Under the pieces are notes generated by a model, which saw only the letters and a list, made by a program, of their open reading frames with translations, was not told the DNA's origin and did no database searches. Shown here one piece after another: positions 1-13,110 of a stretch of 64,000 bases of DNA. This DNA comes from Octopus vulgaris. Lineage: Eukaryota. A program made the translations under genes and the position numbers. How positions within the stretch are numbered: the first letter of the stretch is position 1; the number at the start of each line of letters is the position of its first letter. The stretch is taken from positions 136,524,001 to 136,588,000 of the forward strand of contig OX597816.1 of the NCBI GenBank assembly GCA_951406725.2. Reading direction: 5' to 3'.

Positions 1-11
1 TTCTTTTACAG

Positions 12-59
12 AAGTTCAGTTGTGTCCAACCTGTTTGGAACAAAAAAAGCTCCCTTCGT
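12..59 (+). CDS. WAPL: Possible upstream WAPL coding exon (48 nt; phase-0 reading KFSCVQPVWNKKSSLR)
   Basis: ttcttttacag acceptor ending at 11 and consensus gtgagt donor at 60. Length is a multiple of 3 with no stops. Splicing to the 3297 exon gives R-SPSKAVYNAR, like human R-SPTKAVYNAR. All three frames are open, so the frame is not proven. Confidence 0.4.
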
Positions 60-589
60 GTGAGTGGTGCTGTTGTTTTCAATATTGTCTTTATCATCAC
101 ACTGTGATACAAACAGATATAAAGGTCCTGCAAAGCCAGGTGTTGTAGTTGTTGCTGCTGTTGTGGCTGTTGTCTCGTCCTTATTGTTTATGTTCATCAG
201 TGGCAGTAATTCATATACTTCATCAAGTTTTGATTGAGTATCTTTTTAAGTTATCAAAAGTTTATATGGATCACATATTGTATAGATGCTTAATAAAACA
301 GGGCCAAATTTTTTTGTAGTGTTCTGAATTAAACAAAAATAACAACAGCAACACACAAGATAATAGCTATCAGTGAAATAATCAATAATTGTGTAACCGC
401 TTCATAGATTCTGTTTGACAAAACTGTTTCTTAGACAATCTCTGTTCACTGAGAATGTTAAAATGTAGTGAAAGGAAGCAAGATATTTCTTGCTTTGAGC
501 TGACGATTCATCAATTTTAAACATCATTGATTTTTATTTGTTCTAACCCTCATTGGCTCCATGGAAAACTTCTCATAATGTGTACAAGA

Positions 590-593
<4 letters not shown>

Positions 594-651
<58 letters not shown>

Positions 652-790
652 TCTCCTGATATCGTTGTCTTTATTGTACAGTTTCTTGCCAAAAACAGAT
701 CATTCTCTCTCTCTTGTCTTTCTGTTCTTCCCTCCTCTTTCTGTATCTCTCTTTTGCTCTCTCTCTCTCTCTTTCTTTCTTTCTCTCTCC
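594..790. repeat. (CT)n microsatellite and pyrimidine tract
   Basis: Direct reading. Confidence 0.95.
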
Positions 791-2669
791 CCCTCCATTC
801 TGAAATTCAAAATATGCAGTAAATATCTTAAAAGGAAGTTATTTTGGGGAATACTTTTTTAATGATTTTTTTTTTTTTTCTGAAAATATTATTGTCATTG
901 AAGTGTTTTTACAAAATAACAAAATTCTTGAAGGAATTTAAAGTATAGAAATTTATTGAAAATGCCATATTTTCTCTAATGTTTAATTTGACCATACACA
1001 CATGAAATATAAAAGCCAAACTTTAAAAGGGTAATAAGAGGGTTTGAGAGTTAATTAATTAGTATTTATTCTTTCCTCATATTTTTAAAGGAGATAAACT
1101 GGCATTCCGTCAGTTACGATGAGGATTCCAGTTGATCTGAATAACGGAACAGACTGCTTGTGAAGTTAATGTGTAAGTGGCTGAGCACTCCACATGTACC
1201 CTTAACATGTTCTCTGTGTGACAAGGCTGACCTTTTGAAATACGGGTACCACTCACTTTTGCCAGCTGAGTGGACTGGAGCAATATAAAATAAAGTGTCT
1301 GGCTCAAATATTCTTCCTGTTTTTATGTTCAAACTGGTTAGATCCGAACTCTCACACCTACCCTACAATGTCGTTCTAAAAATCAACACAGTTATTTCAA
1401 AACAGTGTGAATAAGTAAGCATTACATTTGATAGAGTAATTTGAATGCTGAAAGGTTAAAATGAAATAGCAATTATACAAGCTTAAGTTTGTTACTCAAT
1501 TAAATATCCCCTTTCCTTTACAGCTCATGTGTGAACAAGACTGTTTTTAGGTTAATTGTAATGATAAGTAGTCTACTACATGGGTAGTTATTTCATCTTT
1601 GATGAGCAGAATCCTGGCTGAAAATTTACAGATGATTCAGTATTGGGAGTTTCTTTAATGCTTTGCCCAATAATACCCTGTTATTAATTAGCATCGATCT
1701 TAATTTTATCATTAATATGCTCATCTTCTATTCTATTGCCAAATGTAGCCTTCCTCCATTTCAACACTGAGCATTAAAATGATGATAGTGCTGCTGCACT
1801 AACGCGTGCACACACACACACACATATACACGACAGGCTTCTTTCAGTTTCCATCTACCAAATCCACGCACAAGGCTTTGGTCGGCCTGAGGCTATAGTA
1901 GAAGATACTTGCCCATGGTGCCACACAGTGGGACTGAACCCGGAACCATGTGGTTTGTAAGCAAGCTACTTATCACACAGCCACTCATTTTCTTTTTATT
2001 CAGGCATGTCTGTGCGTGTGATTAAGAAACTTGTTTCACAACCACATGATCTTGGCTTATCTCTTTCCCTGGCACCATGAGCAAGTGTCTTCTACTGTTG
2101 TTCTGGGCTAACCAAAACCTTGTGGATTTGATGGACAGAAACTGGAAGAAGCCTGTATATATAGACTGAAACTGAAAATACTATGTATATAGTAATACTA
2201 ACAGTAATTATTGGGTAGAATTTATAAACATTTATTGCATCGCTATTTGCATGAAGAAATGAATCCATGAAGATGATTTACCCTATGCCCACAGATAGTG
2301 CGGACTACACTGTAACCACCCCAGGAATACAGACTGTGATCTTAAGAGACATGTGATTAGTGGAAACATGCATAGCAATGCATCAGATGCTTATAAATTC
2401 CATCCAAAGGTTATTGTTAGTACTACTATATTTATCTTACACTATATCAGTACAACTTGATTCAACCCCCAAAAATATGGTTCACCAGTCAGCATCATTA
2501 GACTGTGGCCAGCATAATTGAATAGGAGCTTTATTTACATATTCAAAACATTTCCTGTAAACAAATTTAAAAGATATATATAAGTAAATGTAATGAAAAT
2601 CCTCTATTTACATAATATCGAGGTCTCTTTCTTTCTTTTGTTGTCTTACCATTTCTATCTATCTATATA

Positions 2670-2862
2670 TCGCCATGATAGATCGTTAGCCACTACACAC
2701 ATTTTTTTCTCTCCTTGTTTTTTCTGTGTCACTTCCTGTAGAAGAGCATAGGCTCAAAATGTAAAAGACTTTTTCTATTCCTGAGTGTTATACTAATACA
2801 TCTGTTTGTTTTGTACACCACCTGTCTTCGTCTTTTGTTTTTTTCGTAAACTCTCCCTATAT
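2670..2862 (+). mobile_element. Short Penelope-like element with a degenerate hammerhead (CUGUAGA-A-GAGC-AUAG-GCUC-AAAA-U-GUA)
   Basis: TA-flanked, pyrimidine-rich, same layout as 41863-42055; GAGC/GCTC stem II intact but core altered. Confidence 0.4.
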
Positions 2863-3296
2863 ATCTATGTATTATGTCTGTATGTGTTTATCTGTGTGTC
2901 TGTGTTAGATTTGTTCCCCGTCTCCGCTTGACAATCAGTGTTGGTTTGTTTACGTCTCTGTAACTTAGTAATTTGGCAAAAGAGACCAATATAGCGTAAG
3001 TGTGAGACTTGAAAAAAAAAAGTACTGGGTCAATTTATTTGACTAAACCTTCCAGGATGGTGCTCCAGCCTGACCACAATCAAATGGCTGAAACATGTAC
3101 AAGTTAAAAGATGAAAGACTAACTTCTTTGCTTCTGTGTGTGTGTCTCATGCACACACACACACAACACATTCCCACATACGTAATTTATCTGTTATCAG
3201 CATGAATTATTTTGCAGTAAATTTTATTTGCTTCTTTTTCATTTACTTTTTGTTTTTCTTCTTTACTAAGATTGTATTTTTCTGAATTTATTTCAG

Positions 3297-3365
3297 TCTC
3301 CATCAAAAGCTGTATATAATGCACGGTCTTGGGTGATGGATATGGATGAAGATATTGGTCAAAAA
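3297..3365 (+). CDS. WAPL: WAPL coding exon SPSKAVYNARSWVMDMDEDIGQK (phase 0-0)
   Basis: Pyrimidine tract and tttcag acceptor (3291-3296), gtaagt donor at 3366, 69 nt open. Resembles vertebrate WAPL SPTKAVYNARHWN (recalled). Confidence 0.85.
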
Positions 3366-3544
3366 GTAAGTATCTTTAACTTTACTTAGCTCTCACGTAT
3401 GCTCTATAATGTATAACATACATTTTGATGAAACAGTCTCATAGTCTTGGCAAACTCATATCCTTTCCTCTGTCTTCAGACTAGACTTGGCAGCAGGGTG
3501 AGCATCCAGTCATTATGTATCATCTCTAACCCTTAAGTATTTAA

Positions 3545-3764
3545 CCCTTTTGTTACCAACCTGACTGAAACCGGCTCTGCCTCTGAGTACAAATGTCTTG
3601 GTTTCATAGGTTTTGAATTAAAATCTTCCACCAAATCTTAGTCACAATTTATGTTCCTAACACTGACTTGATGATAACTACGTTATTTTACTAAATTCTT
3701 TGTTATATTTTAAATAATGGAAAGAAACACAGAGCATCTTAACAGAAATACAGTAACAAAAGGG
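3545..3764 (+). mobile_element. piggyBac-type MITE family 1, nested in a family 2 MITE
   Basis: TTAA TSD (3541-3544, 3765-3768) and perfect 12-bp TIR cccttttgttac/gtaacaaaaggg. Confidence 0.85.
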
Positions 3765-4685
3765 TTAAACTGCCATATCTGGCCTGAATATCCCACCTGT
3801 TTTATGTTCAAACCAGCCAAATCCAGCCTCTCATACCTACCCTACAATGTCATTCTAAAAATAAAGAAGTATATCATTGAATTCTCAGTGCTACAAAATA
3901 ATGCATGATGAATTGAAAACAATATGAATAAATAACCGTTACATTTTGACTAAGTAATTTGAATTTGTAGAAATTTTTTGAATTTTGGCTATGTGTGAAA
4001 AAAATAATGAACTTTGTAGGGTGAAATTATTAATTTTTTTGAACAATTAAATTTATTGGAATACTTTTTAGAATTATGCAAAGAATATATTTTTGTATAT
4101 ATATTTTAAATTATATCTCAGTGCAAATATAAATGACTTAGATAACAGAGAATCAAAATGTCAAAATGTTTTGTTGGGTTTTTTTTCCTGATGTAAACAA
4201 AGATTTCTCAACTGACATTTCCCTCTGAGCTGCAGAATGAAAACAAAAGCTGAACAGTAACAATAGGTGCAGACATGGCTGTGTGGTGAGAAGCTTGCTT
4301 CTCAACCATATGGTTCTGGGTTTCAGTCCCACTTAATGGCACCTTGGGCAAGTGTCTTCTACCATATCCTGGGTTAACTAGAGCATTGTATGTGGATTTG
4401 ATAAATGGATACTGAAAGAAGCTTGTCGTATGCGTGTGTGTGTGAGTGCTATGTTTGTCCACCACCACTGCTTTGGAACCAGTGTTAGTTTGTTTATGAA
4501 CCTGTTACTTAGCAGTTTGGCAAAGTAGACCAATAGAATTAGTACCAAGCTTAAAAAGTAAAATAAGTTCTGGGGTTCATTTGTTTGACTAAACTCTTCA
4601 AGGCTAGTGAATCTCAAAGAAACAAGGTGATAAGTTAAAGAATTTTTGAATTTATTTCAGAAATTTCATTTTCATTCAATGTGAC

Positions 4686-4735
4686 AACTATGGTCATGTT
4701 TCAGCCTTACTGTACCTCATCAGCAAAGCATAGTC
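4686..4735 (-). ncRNA. Hammerhead-like motif with altered cleavage triplet (GAC)
   Basis: Minus strand: GACUA-UGCUU-UG-CUGAUGA-GGU(ACAGUAAG)GCU-GAAAC-AU-GAC-CA-UAGUU. Confidence 0.4.
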
Positions 4736-5437
4736 AAACAAGAGCTTGCTTGATTAATTGGCAAACATCTTTTTTATTATATTATGAAGAGTTTATGGAG
4801 AATTTTGGCTAGCAGTGGTAAGAATAGTGTAAATTAGCTAAGGGAACTAACTCAAAGTGGGCCAGTGGCATAAATTAAGATACCAAAGTTGAGGAATGAT
4901 GTCATGACATATATGAAAATTACTATACCCAATTAATTCTTTAAGAGTCACTAATGATTATTGTGAGGTTTTTGTTGTCTTTCTTCCTACAAAGGTAAAT
5001 TACACTTAACCAAGAATTTTTGGCATGCATCTTTCTGTACAGCATCCACCGATTTATTTTTATTTGATTTGTGCCATTGACCCACTTCCATAACCCTTTA
5101 TCATTCAGACTGTTCAGTCAAATTTAATGCTTATTTATTCATTGCTTATTCATTAATCATGCATTATCTTGTAACTTCAAGATTTCATTGTAGTGGTTGT
5201 TAATTTTTAAAATTACATTGTAGGGTAGGTGCAAAAAGCCAGATCTGGCTGGCTTTAACTTAAAGCAGGTTGAATATTTAATGTAGATATTCAGGCACAG
5301 GCCTGGCTGTATGGTAAGAAGCTTGCTTCCCAATCACATGGTTCCAGGTTCAGACCCACTGTGTGGCACCTTGGGCAAGTGTCTTCTACTACAGCCTCAG
5401 GAATGCATTTGGTAAATGGAAACTGAAAAAAGTCCAT

Positions 5438-5477
<40 letters not shown>

Positions 5478-8382
5478 TATATTTGTGTGTATGCCTCTGT
5501 GTCTGTGTTTGTCACTCTGCCCACTGCTTGACAACCGATGTTGGTGTGTTTACATCCCCATAACTTAGCTGTTCAGTAAAGGAGATTGGTAGAATGAGTA
5601 CTAGGCTTAAAACATAAGTCCTGGCGTCGATTTGTTCGACTAAAACTGCTCTATGTGGTGCTCCAGCATGGCCACAGTCAAATGACTGAAACAAGTAAAA
5701 AGAATAAAAGAACCTGTTTTATGATATTTGATCCAGATATAGCCAGTGTAAATGCTAAAGGCTTGAGCTTGTTTTATGTCTTAAGTTTTCTTTTGCTACA
5801 ACTACATAGTTGTGCCAGGGTATTTAGATATATTGGAAGATATCAACATATTTAAAATATATTGAGGAGAATATCAAATAGTTTAGATATACATAAAATT
5901 ATATGTTGATGCTAATCTGAATAAGATTGCAATATGTGATTGAAATCAAAATCCTTTTTTTTTTCTTTTTTTTTTTTTTGATGACTGAATGCCTTTCTTG
6001 TCACCAACCCCACTAGTTTCTAAGTGAGGTTGTAATCTCCTTGTCTCTTGAACAAAAAAGAGCCATATATCAGAGAATATAAGGTCATTTAAATATATGG
6101 AAGAATATAAGATTATTTAGATATTCTTTTATTTTTTTACATGTTTCAGTAATTTGACTGTGGTCAAGCTGGAGCTGGAGCTTATTCTTTGTAAGCTTAG
6201 TACTTATTCTATCAGTCTTTTTTGCTGAACTGCTAAGTTACAAGGACATGAACACACCGATATCAGATATATATATATATATATATATATAAACAGCTTA
6301 TTTACATATATGTGACTGCGTGGTAAGAACCTTGTTTCCCAACCACATGGTTCTGGGTTCAGTTCCACTGTGTAGCACTTTGGTCAAGCATCTTCAACTA
6401 CAGCCTTCGGGCAACCAAAGCCTTGTGAGTGGATTTGGTAAACATAAACTGAACGAAGCTCATTGTGTATATATATCAATGTGTTTGTGTCTGTTTGTCC
6501 TCCACCACTGCTTGGCAACTGGTGTCGGTGCAGTTATGTTCTCAGCAAAAGAGACCAATGGAATAAGTACCAGGCTTAAAAAAAACATACTGGGGAAGAT
6601 TCATTTGACTAAAAATTCTTGAAGTGGTGCACCAGCATGGCCACAGTCTAATAACTCAAACAAGTAAAAGATAAAAGAGTAAAAATTATTTTGACAAATT
6701 GTAGCAAATTGTAGATGTAGGAGTGGCTGTGTGGTAAGTAGCTTGCTTACGAACCACATGGTTCCAGGTTCAGTCCCACTGCGTGGCACCTTGGGCAAGT
6801 GTCTTTTACTATAGCCTCGGGCTGACCAAAGCCTTGTGAGTGGATTTAGTAGACGGAAACTGAAAGAAGCCCGTCGTATATATATATATGTTTGTGTGTC
6901 TGTGTTTGTCCCCACCACCACCACCAACATCGCTTGACAACTGATGCTGGTGTGTTTACGTTCCTGTAACTTAGCGATTCAGCAAAAGAGACTGATAGAA
7001 TAAGTTCTAGGCTTACAAAGAATAAGTCCTGGAGTCAATTTGATCATCTAAAAGGCGGTGCTCCAGCATGGCCACAGTCAAGTGACTGAAACAAGTAAAA
7101 GAGTAATTACCAAATTATTTAGATATTAGAAAATACCAGATTCCATGGCAAAAAAATTAAATGTTTTGGTTTTGACTTCTCAGTTTAGAATAACCTTTAC
7201 TTTCTGTATTGTGCAGTTTATTAAGTAAAGGGCTCAGAAGTTCACTAAACTAATTTATTTTTAGTGACTGTTCTAAAAAAGAAATCAGCATTTATTTAGA
7301 TCATGTCTTATTTAGATCACGTCTAATTAACTCTATGTAGCTTGACTTTTGTCCTAGGTTAGCAACTGTTATTTCCTACTTGCTTACCGTTAGAAAGTAT
7401 GAGAAATGGCCAATTTTTCCTTCAGACTTTGCTTTTGTTGCATTCATTCAAACCCCAAAGAATCCCTCTCAACATATCACTATGACACTCCACCACTAAT
7501 GGACATGCTCAAGTAGTTATAATCAAGCAACTGATAACAAATATTTTCTATAACAATATTTCTGCTTCAGCAACTCAGTACTGAATCTGTCTGAAATGTA
7601 ATGGAAAATAAGTCTGGGTGACAAAAGCAAAGTTTGAAGGGAATAGTAGTCATTTTCTTTGATTTCTAGATAGAAGCAAAAAAGGAAATAACACTTGCTG
7701 ACCAAAGGCCAAAAAAATAAAACAAGTTATTACACAGTGTATATCATGTTCATTACTTTATTAAAATCTGATTTTAAAACGTTTGATGATTCAACACAAT
7801 GAATTTAACGTTGAGCAGCATTGTCATTGAATCGGTTATTCTCTTCAGTATATCCAAATAAACAGATATACTTTCTTCAGTATCATCATCACAGTTCAGT
7901 TGCAGCCGTACTAGTTGGAATTATGACTGTTGAGCTGATCACAGTTCTGTTTGGTAATACGTAGGTTGCCAGGAAAAACTGAATCAGAATTAATGATATA
8001 AACTTATCTGCCTGAAACACTGCTACTTAATACTGCATCTTCCAGTTGTATACACTGGCTCCTGCCAGACTAGGCTGAACTGGACTGTGCAGCATGCCTG
8101 ATGGTATCTAGTAACAATTCCAGTTGGTAAGCTCCTCTGTGATATGACTTTAATGTAGCATCAGTCTAAGATACTGATTGGTCAGAAAAGTGATATAGGC
8201 GTGTTTGTTATCAATGTTAAGTGTATTAGCTTATTGGCCTGAAAGGTGATGACATAGGCATGACTGTTAGCGTCAACTTGTCTGGTAGTTACATAGCTGT
8301 TAACAAAAACAAACTTATTCAATTTGAGGATCTGTATTTGAGTCATTGGGATATTACAGACATGAGATATTTGCTACAAAAC

Positions 8383-8600
8383 AATCTAAATTATCCAATA
8401 GTCTTTGATGTATCTTAAAAATCTAGTATTTTCTGACATATCTAAATAATCTAGTATTCTTCAATATATTTAAATAATCTGCTGTTCTTCTCTGATATAT
8501 TTAAATTATCTTATTTTCTTTCTCCAACTCATGTCAGCGTGGAAAAAATTGGATGTGAAATGAACAAATGATATTTAAATAATTTTGTTTTCCTTGACAT
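8383..8600. repeat. Degenerate 28-bp minisatellite (atctaaataatctagtattcttcaatat)
   Basis: Five to six units; reverse-complement units at 5821-5890, 6066-6125 and 7107-7142. Confidence 0.6.
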
Positions 8601-11143
8601 CTGTAATTTGTTCTATATAACTTTTATTGAAATAATAATTGAATCATTGGGTTTAATTGTGGAATAACATTTACAACTTGTTAATATTTGAAACTAAAGT
8701 TGCTGTTAATATAAATAGCTATAACACAATAATGTACTTTTAGTAGTTTTTATTGACGAATATTCAATTGATATACAATATTACGCTGACAAGGACAGGT
8801 CTGTATATTACTGGAACAAATCTCTTATCTAAAAAAAAATGCTATGATTGTTACAATCAATTTTTAATATAATGCTCATTATCATTTCACCTTTCTTCAA
8901 GTTTTTATTTACCTTGCTTTCATTTTGTCATATTTTACTCAGTATAAGATATTTAACAAAAGCCATAATTTGGTTATCTATAAATTGTATTGTTTTCTCC
9001 TTTGCCATTGTGTATCAGTCATGCAGTTTCAGCTTAAATGTTAACTCTTGTGTGAGCAAAACTATTGTAGAAAACTAGGTGAATAATTAGTTACATTCAT
9101 CAGAATTGACAATGTATTAATTCAGCTCAGTTGTCAAATTGCTGACATCTAAAAATATTTCAAAACAAGATCTAAACAATTGTTCTTCTAATGAATTAAA
9201 AATGACTGCCAAGAAATTAGTTGACTAAACCATTGTAACGATAATGTGTAATGAAGATCTCATACTTGACATCTTCCTCTTCTTCATATCATTAAGACAT
9301 CATGAAGGCATAACATTTCACGCCAGTCTAACTCTGATCAAATGTTTTGTGGGGGGAAAAAAAAATCTGTCACCTCTTATGTGACAAGTGTTTTGTTTCC
9401 TTGACAAATGTAAACTCAACTGAGGTTACTCTGACTTAGTCATTCTCTAATTTGCCTTGTGATAGGGCTGCTAAAAATATTAGCGGAATCTGAATCACAA
9501 GTATAAGTCATAGCAACCATGATGGGGTTTTGTTGTTTGTTTTTTATAGATAATTTATATGGTACAACATAGCCATATTAAAAGAAAGATACTGATCTGT
9601 GACTTAAAAAGGAATGGTTTAGTTGTTTAAATTTTGAGTGAATTTTGAGATTCATTGTGGAGTGTATCTCACACATCTAGGATGCTGCTACCATTACACA
9701 CCACATACAGCCATCCTAGACTGCATCCAAAGAAAGAAGTCACTTATGAACACACTCCAGCCTCTAGTCCATATATGTACCATCTCCTTTCTCTGGTTTT
9801 TCTACTTATATTAGAGTGGCCTCTGATCTTTGGCACTGGTTCATTTTGTTCCATCTTTACACACACAATGCTGACTTCTTTTGCCTCTCCCTCTCTTGTC
9901 ATAGCCATTGTATCCTACTCTTACACCTCACACTAACCACTTTCCTAATCCTTCTTTCCCAGAATACCAAACTTCTGAAATTCTCTTCTGCCCCACCGTA
10001 ATTGTGAACTTTAAAACATAACATTAAGAGCATTGATCTAATCAGACTAGGAGGGTCTGCAAAGACCACAGGTATAGCTTCCTCTATCAGAGAAAGCCAA
10101 TAGTCTTTTTTTTTTTAATCTATATTTTTGATTTATTACGTGAAATAGTAAAAGGCTATTAACTGAAGATGGTGGGTTTAGTTCATTCAGTCAACTTCAT
10201 CATATCCTAGTATTTGTTTTATTGACTCTAGAGTGATGGAAGATATGACTATGACGAGATTTGAACTAATAATGTAAAGGAGAGAAGGAAATACTGGAGC
10301 ATTTTATCTAGATTCCACTCCCTCTGTCACCCACTGAATAAATTTATTGATGCTAAAGATAATATAGTTGGCTGTCAGATTCAAGTAGACCAAGTCACAT
10401 AGTCAAGATAAAGATTTAAATTATTAATAACAATAATGTTCATTATCTTTAAAATGATATTCCAGGAACATGTCTTTCTATCATAAGAAGGGGATCTGAT
10501 ATTTTCTGTATCAAAGTCTTCAATAAATTCTGTTTTGTCTTGTCTTTGTTTGGCAGCAACCAATATTTATTATATGACAACACATAAATTGATAAACAGT
10601 TAGATGAAAACTTGGATGTCAAATGAATTATTCAGCAGTGCAGCTTTGTAGCTGCTGACATGTATTTCATATTCTAATTTTGTTGCAAAAGGGGGTGTGG
10701 GGTGGAGGGGGGTGTAGTAGTTAAACATTGGCATATACTTTCCTGGAGAGAATGGCAGCAAGACTGTAGAGTCAGGGTGTATTTGCTGAGACAAAAGTTA
10801 ATGAAGGGTGGAAACATATGCTTAGCTAGTTGCAGAAAGATGCTTCTCTAGAAACTGAAAATTGTGAGTAACTACTTAGATAAAGGTCTCAAGAGAAATA
10901 GAACTATTGAGAATAGTAGAAAATGGAAAGATTTTTAGAGTTTTTATTTTGCAAATGAATCTTACCAACCTATTCGGTAGGTGTTATAGAGATGGTAGCA
11001 CAAGCAGTGGTTGGATACAGCAGAGTGATGAACTAATGTTTAGTGAGATTTGACTAATTAGTTCTTTTTCTGGGTAAAATTTAAATGGATAATTAAGTAG
11101 AGTATAATGTCCTCTATATTGGTAATGGAATAGATATGTTTAT

Positions 11144-11370
11144 CCCTTTCGTTACCGTATTTATTTTGAGATGCTCTGTGTTTCATTCAATTAATTTTAA
11201 ATATAACAAAGAATTTAATAAAAGAACTTAGTTATCATTAAGCTAGTGTTGGGAACATAAGTTGTGACTAAGGTTTGGTGGAAGATTTTAATTCAATATT
11301 TATGAAAACAAGACATTTGTACTACAGAGCCAGAGGCAATTTTTGGCTGGGTTGGTATCAAAGGAGTTAA
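11144..11370 (-). mobile_element. piggyBac-type MITE family 1, reverse copy (related copies ~11605-11828 and ~55610-55828)
   Basis: Reverse-complement similarity to 40618-40826; begins ccctttcgttac. Confidence 0.75.
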
Positions 11371-12284
11371 TGATTTAAAATCTATGTCACTTTTCCATAC
11401 ATCTACACGGTCAATTCATATGTCTTATCTTCTTGCCATTTTCTTAACTCCACCTAACCAAATAGTCTGCACTAAATCCTCTCTTGTGACTGTATTCACC
11501 TGCAATATTATCCTTGATTAACTCTTGCTTCTAACTACAAACCCTCAACTATTTCTTTGCTTAGCTAATACATCAATCTTAAGAAAACCTGTTTGCTTTA
11601 TATCAACCCCCTTTTACTATAGTTATATTGAAATACATTGCCTTTGTTTCAGTTTATTTCAAAAAAGAATGAAGAATTTTGTGAAATAACTTTTTATTAT
11701 GCTCATATTTGGAACATAACTTAACATGAAATTTTGATTGAAGGGTTTAACTTAGATAAGTTTAAAACAAGAACTTTGTGTCACAGAACCAGGGACAGTC
11801 TCAGGCAGGTTGGTATCAAAAGGGTTAAGGAAAAAAGATCATAAATGTCTCCATCATAAAATTTTATCCCTATGACCATTTGTTGCTGACCTTTTATGAC
11901 AGCAGGATTCTTACTGAGATGATGGCTTGCTTAAGAAATGGAATCTTTAGTGATTTAGTATTAATAATAAGTTTTTCTATATTGAACAAATTTGGAAGAA
12001 ATCATCATTGATATAGTTTTTCTTTATTATTATTATTATTATTATTATTTTATTACTTAAGGCTGTGAGTTGGCAGAATTGTTAGCATGCTGGGTAAAAT
12101 GCTTAGCAGCATTTCTTCCGTCATCACATTCTGAGTTCAAATTCCACTGAGGTTGACTTTGCTTTTCATCCTTTTGGAGTCAATAAAATAAGTACCACTT
12201 GAGTACTGGGGTCAGTGAAATCGACTTATCCCATCCCCTGAAATTACTAACCTTGTACCAAAATCTGAAATCATCATTATTATT

Positions 12285-13044
12285 GAGTGAGAGAACAGCA
12301 CATGCCATCAAAGTGATAATGGGGTACAAATATACAAAGCCCAATATACCCATCATGACGACCCATTTGATAAGGGTATACCAGACACATGCAACATAAT
12401 CATATGTGCACAACATGGTGACTTCATATCAAGGTAGATAGCATATGACCTTGCAGGTGTGGTCCCATTAGAATTTTCTTCAGGTTGAGTAGCTCATCCC
12501 ACTCAAAATGTTCCTGAATAAGGGTTGTTTAAAGATGATGAACACAATATTCGTGTTTCCAGTAGTGAATTATCCATACCCCCAAAACATGGCAGTGATG
12601 TTCCTCTGCGACCTCTGCTTGTGATCAGAGAATTACATATCACCAGCCACTAAAGCACATGCTCAAGTGATTAAGGTCAAGTAACTGATAAGCAAATCTG
12701 TGGTATAGAGCAGAATATTTGCTGTAGCCCATTTTTTACACCAAGATAAAAACATGTACATGTCAACACTTCCAATCAGTTTAGATCAGAAAGCCACTGC
12801 CTGATAATGCATCAGAGCATCTATTATTATAATTATTAAGTTGGCAGAACCATTAGCATGGAAACAAAAGTGCTTAGTTGCATTTTGTCCATCTTTATGT
12901 CCCAAGTTCAAATTCCACCAAAGTTGACATTTTAATTTTCATCCTTCTAGGGTTGATGAAATAAGTATCACTTATGTACTGAGATCAATATAATTGACTA
13001 GCCCCTCCCCCAAAGTTTCAGACTTTGTGCCTTTAATAGAAAGG

Positions 13045-13110
<66 letters not shown>

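Noticed and set aside
527-862. SLSLSL ORFs
   Set aside because: (CT)n microsatellite.
1524-1550. Possible micro-exon after tttcctttacag
   Set aside because: Phase-0 reading ends in TAG and the donor (gttaat) is weak.
10691-10713. G-rich potential G-quadruplex
   Set aside because: Short G-run in low-complexity intronic sequence with no supporting context.
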